Both the position numbers and the translations under genes were made by a program. DNA of 64,000 nucleotides from Spirochaetia bacterium (GTDB lineage Bacteria > Spirochaetota > Spirochaetia > UBA9216). Below, piece by piece: positions 1-10,094 of this stretch. Position 1 is the first letter of the stretch. Every line of letters begins with the position of its first letter. Location of the stretch: NCBI GenBank assembly GCA_963677925.2, contig CAXXYH010000004.1, forward strand, positions 128,001 to 192,000, written 5' to 3'. Under the pieces are notes generated by a model that saw nothing but the letters and a program-made list of their open reading frames with translations, ran no database searches and was not told where the DNA came from.

Positions 1-18
1 CACTATTCAACTCCTGTC

Positions 19-444
19 TTATTCAATAACCACGGGCTTCTGAGCCGCATGCGGATGTTCTGATCCTGCATAAACTTTCATATTCTTGAAAAGTTTTCTG
101 CCCATAGGACCCTTCGGAAGCATACCCTTAACGGCGGCTTCAATAGGGAAAGTCGGTTTCTTTGCAATCATATTGCTGAAATTTTCAACCCTGATACCGC
201 CGGGGAAGCCGGTGTGACGGTAATAAAGCTTATTGTTAGCCTTGTTTCCGCTTACTTCAATCTTGTCTGCATTAATGATTATTACGTAATCCCCAAGTTC
301 ATGGTAGGGAACAAATTCCGGTTTATGTTTTCCTCTGAGCAGTTCAACAGCCTTAACAGCGACTCTACCGAGCCTTTTGCCTTCGGCGTCGATGATCCAC
401 CATTTTCGGTCAACATCTTTTGGTTTTACATATATTGTATCCAT
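19..444 (-). CDS. rplM: 50S ribosomal protein L13
   Basis: Motifs WWIIDAEGKRLGR, LRGKHKP, GDYVIIINA, YYRHTGFPGG, KGMLPKGPMGR. An AGGAG RBS and a GTG at 3..1 follow, probably the start of rpsI at the window edge. Confidence 0.99.
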   Translation of the reverse strand: MDTIYVKPKDVDRKWWIIDAEGKRLGRVAVKAVELLRGKHKPEFVPYHELGDYVIIINADKIEVSGNKANNKLYYRHTGFPGGIRVENFSNMIAKKPTFPIEAAVKGMLPKGPMGRKLFKNMKVYAGSEHPHAAQKPVVIE

Positions 445-579
445 CAGTCTGCCTTTAATTCAATTAGTTTGTAAACTTCTAAAAATCGTAACGGGTGACT
501 CGAATAATTCCATATTTAGATGATATTGTCAAGGGACAGAACTGCCGGAGGAAAATTAATTACTTATTACACAAGGAAT

Positions 580-810
580 TCAGTCTTTTTTAGAAGCAGC
601 TTCAGCCTCCGCGTCTTTCTTTGCCTGCCTTACATCCTTCAGGTCTGTTATACCCACAAAAACAGCAATAATCCCTATAAATAAGGCAATAACGGGCACA
701 AGACCTCTAAGAACATACAGAAGCTCCTTCCACCACCCGAGACCAGGGGAAGGGATAGCCGCGAATACAGCAAAGAGAGATAAAACTATTCCGATAATCA
801 GAGCTTTCAT
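580..810 (-). CDS. small two-TM membrane protein, unknown function
   Basis: 76 aa, two hydrophobic segments, charged tail, GGAGG RBS upstream. Confidence 0.75.
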   Translation of the reverse strand: MKALIIGIVLSLFAVFAAIPSPGLGWWKELLYVLRGLVPVIALFIGIIAVFVGITDLKDVRQAKKDAEAEAASKKD

Positions 811-936
811 GATCTTCCTCCGTTTTGACTAACAATATCCAAATACTGAGCATTCCGCAATAGGAATTCACAGGCTGTCCCTATAATGTTTGCCTTTAGA
901 AAATAATACTGTTATTTTCTTTTTACGGGGAACTGT

Positions 937-1140
937 ATGAACGTGAAAATTGATAAAAACCTGTGCATAGGATGCGGACTCTGTGAAGAAAATGTTCCTG
1001 AACTGTTTTCAACAGGAGAGTTCACTGCGGAACTTAAAAAGACTCTGCTGACGAAGGAACTGCTTGAAAGAGCAGCTGAAGCCGCGGAAGACTGTCCGGC
1101 AGAGGCCATCACCATCGACGGAAAGTCCGACGAATCATGA
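937..1140 (+). CDS. monocluster ferredoxin
   Basis: CIGCGLC...CP motif, 67 aa. The 3' end overlaps the convergent gene by 32 bp. Confidence 0.9.
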   Translation: MNVKIDKNLCIGCGLCEENVPELFSTGEFTAELKKTLLTKELLERAAEAAEDCPAEAITIDGKSDES

Positions 1141-1411
1141 TAATGAAAGCTACAATGAAAAATATATAGGGAAGGTTTTCTAAAAGAGTCTCTATCTTCA
1201 GATACCCGGGGATGAGTTCTACATCTGTTCTGACTACACCGAAGATGCTGAAGGTATCGTAAATAATCTGTCCATACCTGAAAATAGTACCGACAACGAT
1301 AAACATCCAGGCAGATTCACGTGTTCTTGACCATAACATTATGGCAAAAAATGCTGAACCTGCACCGAAAACAAGGCGGCTGATTATAAAAACTAAACTG
1401 TCGGTAGTCAT
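1109..1411 (-). CDS. small membrane protein (3 TM), unknown function
   Basis: 100 aa hydrophobic ORF, translationally coupled (TGATG) to the upstream gene. Confidence 0.75.
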   Translation of the reverse strand: MTTDSLVFIISRLVFGAGSAFFAIMLWSRTRESAWMFIVVGTIFRYGQIIYDTFSIFGVVRTDVELIPGYLKIETLLENLPYIFFIVAFIIMIRRTFRRW

Positions 1412-2130
1412 CAGGTAAAATCCTTTACAATTTCTTTTATCGGCTTAATTTCTCCATCTGTAAAGTTCACAGGGGCACAGGACGGAATATTGTAATATGG
1501 AGAAATAATTATTCTTCTTTTAAGCATCGCCCTGAAAAGCTCCGGATAGACCTCTTCAGAAACTGCAGGATACAGCCAGGGGCCCTTTCTTTCCCAAAGT
1601 CCGCAGTCAAAGGCCTGCCATACATTCTGATTGATTCGGGAAGAGAAAGACGCCAGATCATAGAAGCTTCTGGCCATGGAGCCGGCAAGGAAGGCAGGGA
1701 CAGGTCCGTTGTTTATACCGGGGGGCAGTTCTGCATACGAAGCAGCAAGCCTGATACCGGCAGCTGCAGCAAGAGGGATAAGAATTTCAAAAGATTCCAC
1801 GGATGACACCTGTTCGAAGGGCCTGACCAGCGGAAACACTGAAGGAAGCGAAAAGTAGCCGGCGGCAATTTCCCGGACTCCGGGATAGAGATTCTTTACA
1901 GCCTTCTCAAGCCTGGCTGTATGAACAGTCGGGTATGCTGCAGAAAGCCCCTGCTCAAGGAGATTTTTCATAATCTTTGTAGAATTGGGTGTTTTATGTC
2001 CCATAAGCGCCCGGCCTGAATCAAGCCACATATCAAAATATCTGACGCCCCTGTTATCATAAACATGATAGTCACGGGTACGCTTTACAACAGGCAACTC
2101 ACTATACAGTGATTCAGAACCATTCATCAT
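1411..2130 (-). CDS. degenerate class-III aminotransferase-like protein
   Basis: N-terminus VKRTRDYHVYDNRGVRYFDMWLDSGRALMGH resembles PLP class-III aminotransferase N-termini, but the protein is only about 240 aa. Start moved to ATG 2130/2127, which overlaps the end of the helicase C-terminal frame. Confidence 0.6.
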   Translation of the reverse strand: MMNGSESLYSELPVVKRTRDYHVYDNRGVRYFDMWLDSGRALMGHKTPNSTKIMKNLLEQGLSAAYPTVHTARLEKAVKNLYPGVREIAAGYFSLPSVFPLVRPFEQVSSVESFEILIPLAAAAGIRLAASYAELPPGINNGPVPAFLAGSMARSFYDLASFSSRINQNVWQAFDCGLWERKGPWLYPAVSEEVYPELFRAMLKRRIIISPYYNIPSCAPVNFTDGEIKPIKEIVKDFT

Positions 2131-4215
2131 TTTCCAAAAACTCCAGATGCGGATCAAGATCAGGCAGAAATCTGCCGGTTTTTCCGGTTTCAAATTTAAT
2201 CATAACATAATCATGTCCGCCGGCACTGCCGCTTTTTATAATAAAACCGTTGCCGTAATCGTCATGATACACCCTCCGGCCGTTTCTGTATGCCGGATTT
2301 TCAGCTTCTGCCGAAGTCTTCCCGGGCTTTGAAACCATATCAACAACCTCAGCGTGGTCGCGGGATATTTCATGGAGAAAGACTGATGGTGCCTGCTGCC
2401 GGAACTGACCCCAGATCATGCGGCTTCTGCAGGAAGTAAAATACAGCTCATCTCTCGCCCGTGTAATACTTACATAGAATATACGGCGCTCTTCTTCAAG
2501 CTCTTCTCCGGTCTCTTCCCGTCCGGAGGGAAAAAGCCCTCCTCCATGCCGGTTATGACTACACGATCGAACTCAAGACCCTTTGTATTGTGCATGGTAA
2601 TCAGGGTCACAGCATTTTCATCTTCACCGTCATCCATACCGGGCAGCGTACTTCGGTCAAGCTCAAGCTCTTCAAGAAAAAGCGATAGTGCTTCCGCACC
2701 CTCACCGTAAATACCGGCGGCCGAAATCATTTCATTGAGGTTATCAGCCCGGCCCTTTGCAGCTATCTCATCCTTTGAAGTGTAATGCGCTAATAAGCCT
2801 GACTCTTCTATTACTTCGGCTACAAACTCGCCAAGAGGCTTAACCGCCAGTGATTTCCGCATATTTTCTATGTAGCCTGCAAACTTTTCAGCGCCTGTAC
2901 GGGCTTTGGCGGAAAGACCTTTGACCTCTTTCAGGGCGCTGATCAAATCAATTCCTTCTGCCACGGCATAGTCAATTATCTTTCTCAGGCCGGTCTTTCC
3001 GATACCCCTTGCCGGCTTGTTTACAACCCGGTTAAAAGCTACCTCATCCGAAGGATTGACTATAAGCGATAAAATGGCCATGACATCCTTGATCTCTTCG
3101 CGTTCGAGAAATCGAAGTGCTCCGACAATCCTGTAGGGAATTCCGGCACGGATAAAGCAGGTTTCAAAACTTCTGGACTGGGCATTGGTGCGGTAAAGGA
3201 TGGCAGTGTTTTTATAATTACCGTCAGCAAGCAGAGAGGCGCAGAATTCGGCCTCATCGGTATCTCTTTCAAGATAGACAATCTTTGCCGGCTGCCCCTC
3301 GGTCTTTTCAGTCCAGAGCTTTTTTCCCAGACGGTTTGAATTATTCTCAACAACACCTGAGGCAATTTCAAGTATAGGGCTTGTTGAGCGGTAGTTCTGT
3401 TCAAGCCGGATTATCTTTGTCCCCTCAAATTCTTCCGGAAAAGACAGTATATTCCTTACCTCAGCTCCGCGGAATTTGTAAATGGACTGGTCATCATCTC
3501 CTACAACACAGACGGAATTACTGTCGCCGGCAAGCATTTTCAGAAGGCGGTACTGTGCAACATTGCTGTCCTGATACTCATCGACAAGGATAATACGAAA
3601 ACGCTGCCTTGTCCGCTCCAGGACTTCTGTGCTGGATTCAAGCAGTTCAACCGGTCTTGTTATAAGTGATCCGAAATCAAGGTTTCCTATCCTGCGCAGT
3701 TTTTCATCGTATGCGGCGTATACAGAAGGAAAATCGCTTGTATGAGTAATTTCACTAAGATCGTCAGCCGGAGTCAGGCAGTAGTCACGGGCACGACTTA
3801 TCCAGCCAGCATAGGGCTGCAGCTTCTTCTTCTGACTTTCGGGAAATATCGACTGCAGAAGACTCAGGGCATCATCATCGTCATAAATTGAAAATGAGGA
3901 TTTTAAATCGGGAGTGAAGTGGGAATTATTTCTCATAAACCAGGCCCCGAAGGAGTGAAAGGTCCTTATCATAACGGACGAGGCACCCGGAACCATACGC
4001 TCCACCCTCTCACGCATTTCTCCGGCGGCCTTGTTAGTAAAGGTCACTGCCAGTATCGAACGCGGATTTACCCGCTGCTGCTCAACAAGCCAGGCAATAC
4101 GTGATGTAATTACCCTGGTTTTTCCGGAGCCCGCGCCTGCAAGTATCAGGAGGCTTCGTCCATCATATGTCACAGCTTCAAGCTGCTGTCTGTTGAGTCC
4201 GGAAAGATAATCCAT
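2114..4215 (-). pseudogene. pcrA: ATP-dependent DNA helicase PcrA/UvrD, split by a one-base frameshift near 2537-2539 (true lesion or assembly error)
   Basis: AGAGSGKT, TFTNKAA, VDEYQD, GDDDQSIY, QNYRS and TMHNTKGLEF lie in 2470..4215. Motif VI (EEERRIFYVSITRARDELY) and the C-terminal domain continue in the frame of ORF 2114..2419. Confidence 0.9.
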
Positions 4216-4258
4216 GCTGCTATGTTGGTCTATTGAGGCACTTCTGTCAACGCCGTAT

Positions 4259-5017
4259 TTATAACATCAGAAATACTGCCGCTATGAAGGTAGCAGCCAG
4301 AACAAAGATTCGGTACGGCTTTTCAGGAAGAATCTTCACAAGCTGATAACCTGCATATATACCCGCAAGAACTGCAGGTATCATTGTAAAATCAAAAAGA
4401 ACAGACTGAACAGAAATGGTTTTCCAGACAAAAATATGAAATGGAAGCTTGAGAAGATTGATCATAAAGAAAAACCAGGCCTTGGTGGAAACAAATTCTT
4501 TTTTCTCGAGATCAAGGGAAATAAAATAAACAGCAAGAATAGGTCCGGACGCATTGCCGATCATGGACGTAAATCCGCCCAGAATACCTATTCCGGCATT
4601 TATATACCATCTGCTTTTGAGTTTGATTTCTTTTCCGCCGACTTCTTTTACTGTTAGAAAAATGAGAACAATAATTACCGCTGCCGCAATGAAAATTTTG
4701 AAATTGGCATCAGATATCTTTGAGCCGATAAAAACAGCAAATAGAACCCCGCACAGGGCCCATGGCAGTATTCCCATGAGCTCCTTCCATCTTACCGATC
4801 GGCGGTAGGAAATTACCGCTGTAATATCAGCCATGATCAGAACCGGCAGAATTATACCTACAGAATCACGTCCGCCGAATATATAGGCGAAGATCGGAAC
4901 TGTAAGCAGTATAATGCTGACTACTCCGGATCTGTTTGCGCCGATAAAAACTGCAGCCAGCATTGCAAGGCCCCAGTCGGCGGCAGACAGATCAAAAGAG
5001 GCAAACAAACCGCTCAT
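4259..5017 (-). CDS. TauE/SafE (sulfite exporter family) membrane protein
   Basis: About 8 TM segments, GILGGFTSMIGNASGP motif. Confidence 0.85.
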   Translation of the reverse strand: MSGLFASFDLSAADWGLAMLAAVFIGANRSGVVSIILLTVPIFAYIFGGRDSVGIILPVLIMADITAVISYRRSVRWKELMGILPWALCGVLFAVFIGSKISDANFKIFIAAAVIIVLIFLTVKEVGGKEIKLKSRWYINAGIGILGGFTSMIGNASGPILAVYFISLDLEKKEFVSTKAWFFFMINLLKLPFHIFVWKTISVQSVLFDFTMIPAVLAGIYAGYQLVKILPEKPYRIFVLAATFIAAVFLML

Positions 5018-5031
5018 AAATAAATTAAGCT

Positions 5032-6717
5032 CTAACCGTTTTTCTGAATCTTGGCCCAGGTATCCCGTAGACCTGTTGTTCTGTTGAAAACAGGCTTTTC
5101 AGGTGTAGAATCAGGATCTACACAGAAATAGCCCTGTCTGAGAAACTGCAGGTTAGCGTAAGCCTTTTCCTCGGCAAGTGAGGGCTCAATCATACAGTCA
5201 GTAAGGATCTCAAGTGAGTTATGGTCTATATCATCAAGAAAGTTTCCGGTTTCAGAGCCCGGGTTCTCGGCATTGAAAAGGTGCGAATAAAGCCTTACCT
5301 CAGCCTTTACCGCGTGTAAAGCGGAAACCCAGTGGCTTGTTCCTTTAACTTTGCGTCCGTCATCAGTCCAGCCGCCTTTTGAGTCAGGGTCATATGTGCA
5401 GCGGACTTCGGTAATTTCTCCGCTTGCCGGGTCTTTTTCATATCCGGTACATGTGACATAGTAAGCATGCTTTAAACGAACCTCTTTACCGGGCGCCAGC
5501 CTGAAATATTTCTTGTTCGGAGCTTCTTCCATGAAATCATCCTGCTCAATATAGAGAACCTTAGAAAAAGGGATTTTTCTGCTTCCCGCATTTTCATCTT
5601 CAGGATTATTCTCACCCTCAAACCATTCAACCTGGTCTTCCGGGTAGTTTTCAATTATCAGTTTAAGCGGTTTGAGAACCGCCATACGCCTGAGGGAGCG
5701 CATGTTAAGATCTTCTCTCAGGCAATGCTCAAGCAGGGCAAAGTCAACAGTGCTGTCGGCCTTTGCAACACCGATACGGTTTGCAAACTCCCTGATGGAT
5801 TCCGGAGTATATCCCCTGCGCCTGAAACCGCTGATTGTCGGCATACGCGGATCATCCCAGCCGTTAACGTGATTTTCCTTTACAAGCTGAAGGAGCTTTC
5901 TTTTGCTCATAACCGTATAGTTCAGATTAAGCCTTGCAAACTCAATCTGCTGGGGATGGTGAATGCCCGGAATCTGGTCGATGAACCAGTCATACAGCGG
6001 ACGGTGATCTTCAAATTCGAGGGTACAAATTGAGTGAGTTATCCCTTCAAGAGAGTCTTCAAGGCCGTGTGCCCAGTCATACATGGGGTAGATGCACCAT
6101 TTATCACCCTGACGAGGATGCGGAGCACGGACAATTCTGTACATTACCGGATCGCGCATATTAAGGTTGGGCGAAGTCATATCAACCTTTGCCCTCAGTG
6201 TTTTTGAACCGTCGGGAAATTCCCCGTCTTTCATCTTTTCAAATAGTTCAAGATTTTCTTCAGGAGTTCTGTTGCGGTAAGGGCTTTCCTTTCCCGGCTC
6301 TTTCAGAGTTCCCCGGTGCTCCCTGATTTCTTCCGCTGTGAGATCATCAACATAGGCCTTGCCTTCTTTGATGAGAAGCTTGGCCCATTCATACATCTGA
6401 TCAAAATAATCAGAAGCATATAAAGCTTCAGGGCCCCAGTCGAATCCGAGCCACCTTACGTCTTCCTGGATTGAGTCAATATATTCCTGCTCTTCCTTGG
6501 CCGGATTGGTGTCATCAAAGCGGAGGTTGCACTTTCCATTATAATCTCTGGCTATACCGAAATTTAGGCATATTGATTTTGCGTGTCCTATATGCAGGTA
6601 ACCGTTGGGCTCCGGAGGGAATCTGGTAACCACACTGCTGCGTTTTCCGGACGCAAGATCGCTGTCTATAATATCGCGAATAAAATTCGACGGACTCTTT
6701 TTTTCCATATCAGACAT
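5032..6717 (-). CDS. glnS: glutamine--tRNA ligase
   Basis: [24 protein letters not shown] (HIGH), [14 protein letters not shown]. Confidence 0.98.
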   Translation of the reverse strand: MSDMEKKSPSNFIRDIIDSDLASGKRSSVVTRFPPEPNGYLHIGHAKSICLNFGIARDYNGKCNLRFDDTNPAKEEQEYIDSIQEDVRWLGFDWGPEALYASDYFDQMYEWAKLLIKEGKAYVDDLTAEEIREHRGTLKEPGKESPYRNRTPEENLELFEKMKDGEFPDGSKTLRAKVDMTSPNLNMRDPVMYRIVRAPHPRQGDKWCIYPMYDWAHGLEDSLEGITHSICTLEFEDHRPLYDWFIDQIPGIHHPQQIEFARLNLNYTVMSKRKLLQLVKENHVNGWDDPRMPTISGFRRRGYTPESIREFANRIGVAKADSTVDFALLEHCLREDLNMRSLRRMAVLKPLKLIIENYPEDQVEWFEGENNPEDENAGSRKIPFSKVLYIEQDDFMEEAPNKKYFRLAPGKEVRLKHAYYVTCTGYEKDPASGEITEVRCTYDPDSKGGWTDDGRKVKGTSHWVSALHAVKAEVRLYSHLFNAENPGSETGNFLDDIDHNSLEILTDCMIEPSLAEEKAYANLQFLRQGYFCVDPDSTPEKPVFNRTTGLRDTWAKIQKNG

Positions 6718-6817
6718 CTGAAACTCCTGTAAACAAATATTACAGAGCAGAGATTAACATAAAATTACAATTATGTGGAGAGATGCCTGATTATATGAAT
6801 GTGGAATTATCTGTTAT

Positions 6818-8191
6818 TTATTCTGCAGTATCAGCTTCGAGATCAAGACCGTTCACTGCTGTCACAACAGCACTTACAGTATCACCGGGTTTCAGACTGA
6901 CATCATCGGAGTTAAGTACTACCAGACCATCCACCTCGGGAGCCTGAAGCCATGCACGGCAGATAAAAAGATTCTCTTTTTCAACCCTTTCCTCTACCAG
7001 CAGCCTCATCTTCTGTCCCCGGAATCTTTTCATGGCTTCTTCGGAAACGTCCTGCTGCACCTGCTGAAAGTGTTCTAGCTGCCTTGATGCTGCCGCCACC
7101 GTCTTTTTTATCTTACGCTGGTTCTCAAGGCTATAGGCTGCTGTGCCCTCTTCTCTTGAATAAACAAAAAAACCGGCCCAGTCAACCTTTGCATCCTTAA
7201 TGAAGGTCTCGAGAATCTCAAGATCTTCAGGAGTTTCACCGGGAAATCCAAGCATAAAGGTAGTTCTTATAACCGCTTCCGGCAGAACAGTTCTGATTTT
7301 GTTTATCAGATAGAGGTATTTACCGGGGTTTCCACGACGGTTCATAGCCTCAAGAACCTGCTCTGATGCATGCTGAAAGGGTATATCAAAATAAGGAACA
7401 ATATGCCTGCTGTTTTTGCAAATTTCAAGAATTTCTTCCGGAAAGTTGTCCGGATGAATATAAAGCATCCGGATGATGAAATCGCCTTCTATTGCATCAA
7501 GTCTTGATAGCAGCTCAGGCAGTTTACACTGACCCTCGGTATCGACAGCAAAAGAGCCTAGATCCTGGGCTATCAGATTAATCTCGTAGATTCCGCGGGC
7601 AACAAGGTTGCGGGCTTCTTTCTCTATGCCTTCAATACTTCTGCTTTTTACAGGTCCTCTGATAATGGGAATGGCGCAGAAACTGCAGTTGTTGCTGCAT
7701 CCCTCGGCCAGCTTGATATATGCGCTGCCCTCGGTTGAAAGAAGCTGCTCACGCTCCTCACTCAGGATTTCTTCAGTTTCGGTCTGCTGATTATCGGCGG
7801 AACCTTCCTCAGGAATGAAAACCTTCTGGGAGTTTCCCTTTCCAAGCCTTTCAACAAACTCTGAAACCATTCCGGGATAACTGTTGCCGAAGATACCGTC
7901 AAGTTCGGGCATTGACTCTGCAAGCTCATCGTAGTAGCGCTGGGAAAGACATCCGGCGGAAACCACCCAGGCATCAGGAAATGCATCCCGGAAAGAAATC
8001 AGTACATTTATCGATTCTTCTCTCGCACTTTCAATAAAGCCGCAGGTATTAACAATGATCAGCTTTGCCAGCGCCGGATCAGTAACACGCTGCCACTCAG
8101 CCTTGTTAAGTGATTCTATAATTACTTCTGAATCTACCTGGTTTTTTGCACAGCCGAGGCTTTCCAGGTAATAGGTACGCAGATTTTCCAA
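6818..8191 (-). CDS. rimO: ribosomal protein S12 methylthiotransferase RimO
   Basis: SLGCAKNQVDSE, NTCGFI, EGCSNNCSFCAIP radical-SAM motif, QAPEVDG TRAM region. Confidence 0.95.
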   Translation of the reverse strand: MENLRTYYLESLGCAKNQVDSEVIIESLNKAEWQRVTDPALAKLIIVNTCGFIESAREESINVLISFRDAFPDAWVVSAGCLSQRYYDELAESMPELDGIFGNSYPGMVSEFVERLGKGNSQKVFIPEEGSADNQQTETEEILSEEREQLLSTEGSAYIKLAEGCSNNCSFCAIPIIRGPVKSRSIEGIEKEARNLVARGIYEINLIAQDLGSFAVDTEGQCKLPELLSRLDAIEGDFIIRMLYIHPDNFPEEILEICKNSRHIVPYFDIPFQHASEQVLEAMNRRGNPGKYLYLINKIRTVLPEAVIRTTFMLGFPGETPEDLEILETFIKDAKVDWAGFFVYSREEGTAAYSLENQRKIKKTVAAASRQLEHFQQVQQDVSEEAMKRFRGQKMRLLVEERVEKENLFICRAWLQAPEVDGLVVLNSDDVSLKPGDTVSAVVTAVNGLDLEADTAE

Positions 8192-8200
8192 AATCTAATC

Positions 8201-9361
8201 TCAGTAAACCGGGGTTAATGTGAGTTCATATACGGCTTTTTCACTGTTGTATATCCATCTGATGGTGCCAGCTGAAACCTCACCCTGATCGCCGATGTTT
8301 ATATCAACACCGTTAACCTTTCCGGAGAAGGAACCTGCATTTGAAACCCATAGGGTTACGGTCGAATTCACATCAAGACGGAAAGTTTCACCCTTGTGAA
8401 AATAACGTTCTTCCCTTACTGAACTGTCGGAGCTGTAGCGCATAAGGCAGTAGCCCCTGAATACGACATTAATGTTAAATGGTTCCGGCCTTGAGGCTTC
8501 ACGGATTACTGCAGGTTCCCTTACTCTGGAAGGAGAGCCGGCTTCACCGGAGGAAACAGCTGTAATGCCTGTATCTGCCGGGGCTGTCTCTGCTACCGGG
8601 GCGGCAGAATCGGTCCGGTTGGCTAGCTGTACTGTAGCCTGAACAAAACGGTCTATATGTATTACTGCTGAAGAATTTGCTGAATCTATTGTGCGCACAA
8701 GCATCCTGATGTCTGCGGCTGTGTCGCCGTTAAGATCGACCATTGTCTCTTCACCTGCGGGAACTTCAAGTTCTCCTGAAGGAAGTATCAGGCCGAGAGT
8801 GTCACCGGCGGAAGCGATAACCATTCTGTAGGAATCATCCTTAAGTTTAACAGAAATTGCATCACCAGCCCTGAAACGCCGTTCAACAACCTCATCTGCG
8901 AACTCGTAGACATTCTTAACAGCAATTTCTTTTTCAGGCTGTTTAACTTCAGGGGCTTCCTCTTCAACCTGCCGGGGTCTTTCGGATCCCCCTGCAATAA
9001 AGGTCGGATATACCCAGAAGTAACCGGCTGCACCAAGTCCTGCAAGAACTAGAAATATAATAAGTACCGCCACTCCGGGAAAAGAGCTTCGCTTCACAAG
9101 CAGTTCTTCCATCGGAGCAGGCTGCTCCTGAAGCTGCATGTTTTTATATAAATTAACCATATCTTCGGGATCTAGTCCGAGATATTCTGAATAATTTCTT
9201 AAAAAACCGTATAGATAGGTTTCACCTGGAAAAACGGAGAAATCTTCATTTTCCAGGGCATTCAGGTAACTTTTAGCTATATTCGTATCACGGGCAATCT
9301 GTTCAACAGTATAGCCCAGGGATTCCCTGGCAGAGGTGAGTTTTTCGCCTATAGATTCCAT
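8201..9361 (-). CDS. rodZ: RodZ-like HTH membrane protein
   Basis: N-terminal HTH (IGEKL..ARE..YLNALENEDF..GFLRNYSEYLGL), single TM, periplasmic domain. Sits in the usual lolA-rodZ-rimO order. Confidence 0.85.
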   Translation of the reverse strand: MESIGEKLTSARESLGYTVEQIARDTNIAKSYLNALENEDFSVFPGETYLYGFLRNYSEYLGLDPEDMVNLYKNMQLQEQPAPMEELLVKRSSFPGVAVLIIFLVLAGLGAAGYFWVYPTFIAGGSERPRQVEEEAPEVKQPEKEIAVKNVYEFADEVVERRFRAGDAISVKLKDDSYRMVIASAGDTLGLILPSGELEVPAGEETMVDLNGDTAADIRMLVRTIDSANSSAVIHIDRFVQATVQLANRTDSAAPVAETAPADTGITAVSSGEAGSPSRVREPAVIREASRPEPFNINVVFRGYCLMRYSSDSSVREERYFHKGETFRLDVNSTVTLWVSNAGSFSGKVNGVDINIGDQGEVSAGTIRWIYNSEKAVYELTLTPVY

Positions 9362-9364
9362 ACA

Positions 9365-10066
9365 TCATCCTTCCGGTTCAAAGAGAAAATTCTTTATTTC
9401 ATAAGCAGATGCCGGAGCTTCAAATTCAAACCTGGCATCAGGAATATTCTGATTAATCTTTAGACTCTGAAAATCAAACTGAACCTCTTCCATTTCAGCA
9501 GTAAGCGCCTTCATGCGCCGGATCATATTATCTGCACTTACAGACATTTCAATCTGGCGAAAACCCTGTTCCGTTGTTCTCCACTCAAGCTTGAGCTTGG
9601 TCACCATCTCATCAGAACCGTCATCCAGCGGAACCGGATCCGGACCTTCGAGGTAACCGATACTGTAGCCTTTCTCAAGCAGATCAAGGCCCTGGCTGTT
9701 AACCATTGCGGCGAGGGTGGCATCATTATGGCGTTTAAGCTTCTGAGTCATGACAACGGCCTGTGAAGGCAGATAAATCATCAAATCCTCACCGGTAACA
9801 CAGATTACCTGCTCCTCGGGATCGGTAAAATCAATTCTTAGCAGATTGGGATTTTTATAATAAATTACACCGGAAGAAACAGTCTGTTCTTCACTGCCGC
9901 CCCGGGAAATAGTCAGTCTTGCTTCATAATCAAGAACATCACCGTATTTATCAGATACAGATCTGAAAAAATTGACCGCTGTCACAAGGTCCTGTGAGAA
10001 AGCTGTAATCGGTGTGATAATAAAAGTTACTATTGTAAGAAAGAAAATTAGCTTGTATTTATTCAT
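9365..10066 (-). CDS. lolA: outer-membrane lipoprotein carrier LolA family
   Basis: Signal peptide, GVIYYKNPNLLRIDFTDPEEQ, NQNIPDARFEFEAP. Confidence 0.85.
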   Translation of the reverse strand: MNKYKLIFFLTIVTFIITPITAFSQDLVTAVNFFRSVSDKYGDVLDYEARLTISRGGSEEQTVSSGVIYYKNPNLLRIDFTDPEEQVICVTGEDLMIYLPSQAVVMTQKLKRHNDATLAAMVNSQGLDLLEKGYSIGYLEGPDPVPLDDGSDEMVTKLKLEWRTTEQGFRQIEMSVSADNMIRRMKALTAEMEEVQFDFQSLKINQNIPDARFEFEAPASAYEIKNFLFEPEG

Positions 10067-10094
10067 GTTATTGTCTCATATTACTCATGCACAG

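Noticed and set aside
2114-2419. Independent 101-aa gene
   Set aside because: It is the C-terminus of PcrA/UvrD in the shifted frame.
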